A DNA stretch of 63,930 nucleotides, the filler included, from Phoronis australis (Eukaryota > Animalia > Phoronida), in assembly GCA_002633005.1 (NCBI GenBank). It is 6 parts of 6 records of this genome, joined end to end, with 100 filler letters (N's around TTAATTAATTAA, not from the genome) between each part and the next. Parts side by side here need not be neighbours in the genome. Positions count along the whole stretch, not along the records: positions 62,363 to 63,930 come from NMRA01003921.1; 5 more parts are not named here. One strand, 5' to 3'. The notes below the pieces were generated by a model. The model saw nothing but the letters and a program-made list of their open reading frames with translations. It searched no databases and was not told the DNA's origin. The position numbers were made by a program, and so were the translations under genes. This document shows positions 62,363 to 63,930 of this stretch, one piece after another. The stretch's first letter is position 1, and the number at the start of each line of letters is the position of its first letter.

Positions 62363-63327
62363 CCTATGGCTGTATCTCCTAAACCATTCTCAGGATCTTT
62401 ACGAAATTTAATAAGTGTATTTATATGATGTTAACAACAGACGATGATGACTTTTGGACGGATCCGCCTACCAGTAAGCCCCCTAGTGGCAATTTTATTT
62501 TTTTACGTTTACCTCTGTATCTTCACAAGTCCTTAACGGATTTTCATGAAATTTGGTATGTAGGCACCTATTAGTGCGATGACGCTACCTTCCCATTTTC
62601 GGATGGATTCGACCTAGTTTGTGACACCCAGTGGCCATTTTTACTGTTTTTGAGTCTGTTTTTTGGCGTCCACCCCTCTATCAACCAAACCGTTCTAAGT
62701 ATGATTGTGAAAATTGGCATGTATGTTCTTACTATGAAAAGGACCGTTGACGCTGAATTTCCCATGACTTTGATTACAGTGGTGCCTCCTAGTGGCAGTT
62801 TTTTTTTGCGCCCATGGCTGTATCTCCCAAACCGTTTGCAGGATCTTTAGTAAATTTAGCAAGTGTATTTATGTGATGTTGACAACGGACGATGATGACT
62901 TTAGGATGATTTTGACTACCGGTATGCCTCTAGTGGCAATTTTAGTATTTTACATTGACCTCTGTATTTTCATAGGTCTTCAGGTGTATACTTTGTGTTA
63001 CTTCGTGACTATGAAGGAAAAGTTCCCAGTAGAAATTTGTTTCTGGCATTCTAATGCTGTGCTAATCTCGTATCTCGTATGTTGGTAAATTTGTTTTTAA
63101 TTCTATGTTTCTGTGGTGCTTTAAGCAACTGATATATAGGATGTGCTTGTATTATGAAGATCACTCACATTTTGCCCCTAGCCTATTGAGGAGACAATGA
63201 CCATGCCTTTCCATTTTGCAAAGTACAANCCTCTACTGGCCACTTTATGGTACCAATAAACAACCCTAGAAGGATACCGTATGCGGTGCAATTGTGGGCG
63301 CATTTCAACGCTCCGCGTTGCTCTTGT
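62363..63327 (+). mobile_element. Helentron-like (HINE) copy, 3' part
   Basis: Ends GGGCGCAT (subTIR)-TT-CAACGCTCCGCGTTG (hairpin)-CTCTTGT; the body is homologous to 20676-21933. Confidence 0.78.
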
Positions 63328-63446
63328 AACGAATGTCATGGCAATCTTTTAGCGCATTCGTGTTTTCTGTGGTAAGATTCATTCAGTTCTGTTCTACTCC
63401 TTGTTACATATTAATTTTCATTGACCTGATCGGCGTATCATTCCAG

Positions 63447-63561
63447 TTCCCTTGGACTTCCATTCCACTCTCATGAAATACACTCAGCATGGATATAGAG
63501 TTATCGCTCTGGCTCACAAACCACTCAAGCTAAGTTACGTAAAGGTTCAGCGTGTGGAGAG
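63447..63561 (+). CDS. P5B-type cation/polyamine-transporting ATPase (ATP13A2/ATP13A3-like), internal exon
   Basis: AG/GT flanked, 115 nt, phase 1-2: PLDFHSTLMKYTQHGYRVIALAHKPLKLSYVKVQRVE(R) (ATP13A3 has [38 protein letters not shown]). Not in the ORF track. Confidence 0.9.
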
Positions 63562-63789
63562 GTTAGTCAATGCACTTGTCAATGAGAAGAATGTACTAAA
63601 GAAATAATCCAATGATTTAATATGCATTCCAAGCAAATGTATCTCAAGCCTAGCAAAGAAACACAGACTTTTTGCACCAGTCACTGACTTCAAACATGAT
63701 TTATGGTAACAAAAAACTTCGTACCTGGAATGTGAACTACTGATAAGTCTTGGGAACAGAAAATGACACACTATTTTCACACAGATTGG

Positions 63790-63930
63790 CTGGCCAGGGT
63801 TGTGCAAGTTGTGGTTTGCCTGAGGGTTGTGCAAGTTGTAACTTGACTGGGGCTTGTGCAAGTTGTGGCTTGGCTAGGAATTGTGCAAGTTGTGGATTGG
63901 CTAGGAATTGTGCAAGTTGTGGCTTGGCTG
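63790..63930. repeat. Minisatellite, 27 bp, at least 5 copies, runs off the window
   Basis: Unit TGTGCAAGTTGTGGCTTGGCTAGGAAT and variants. Confidence 0.92.

Noticed and set aside
282-63861. The remaining short ORFs (60-150 aa) in the track
   Set aside because: They have no recognisable domains; most lie in introns, in repeats, or antisense to real exons.

Overview
AT-rich, intron-containing animal DNA (invertebrate-like; taxon inferred), not prokaryotic. It is six contigs joined by identical 100-bp artificial linkers (N44-TTAATTAATTAA-N44), so adjacency across linkers is unproven. Contig 1 (1-30876) has five consecutive in-frame exons of a DIP2 gene on the minus strand. A complete six-repeat NHL propeller exon lies on the plus strand, apparently inside a >19 kb DIP2 intron. 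Contig 1 also carries a decayed piggyBac whose transposase is split by a 2.4-kb TA-flanked element, plus other TIR elements, Helentron-like (HINE) copies and many minisatellites. Contig 2 (30977-53383) has a spliced OB-fold gene with frameshifts, a LINE ORF1 relic, a THAP/Kolobok-like element and the first six exons of a nicotinic-receptor-like Cys-loop subunit. The short distal contigs carry an intron-containing Merlin (IS1595/ISXO2-type) transposase whose frameshifts all sit in homopolymers, a LINE 3' end and one P5B-ATPase (ATP13A) exon. Most ORFs in the supplied track are spurious. All translations and family assignments were made by eye with no database search. I found no evidence for a wholly new multi-gene system. 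The best leads are the nested antisense NHL gene, the orphan OB-fold gene and the possibly intact Merlin element.
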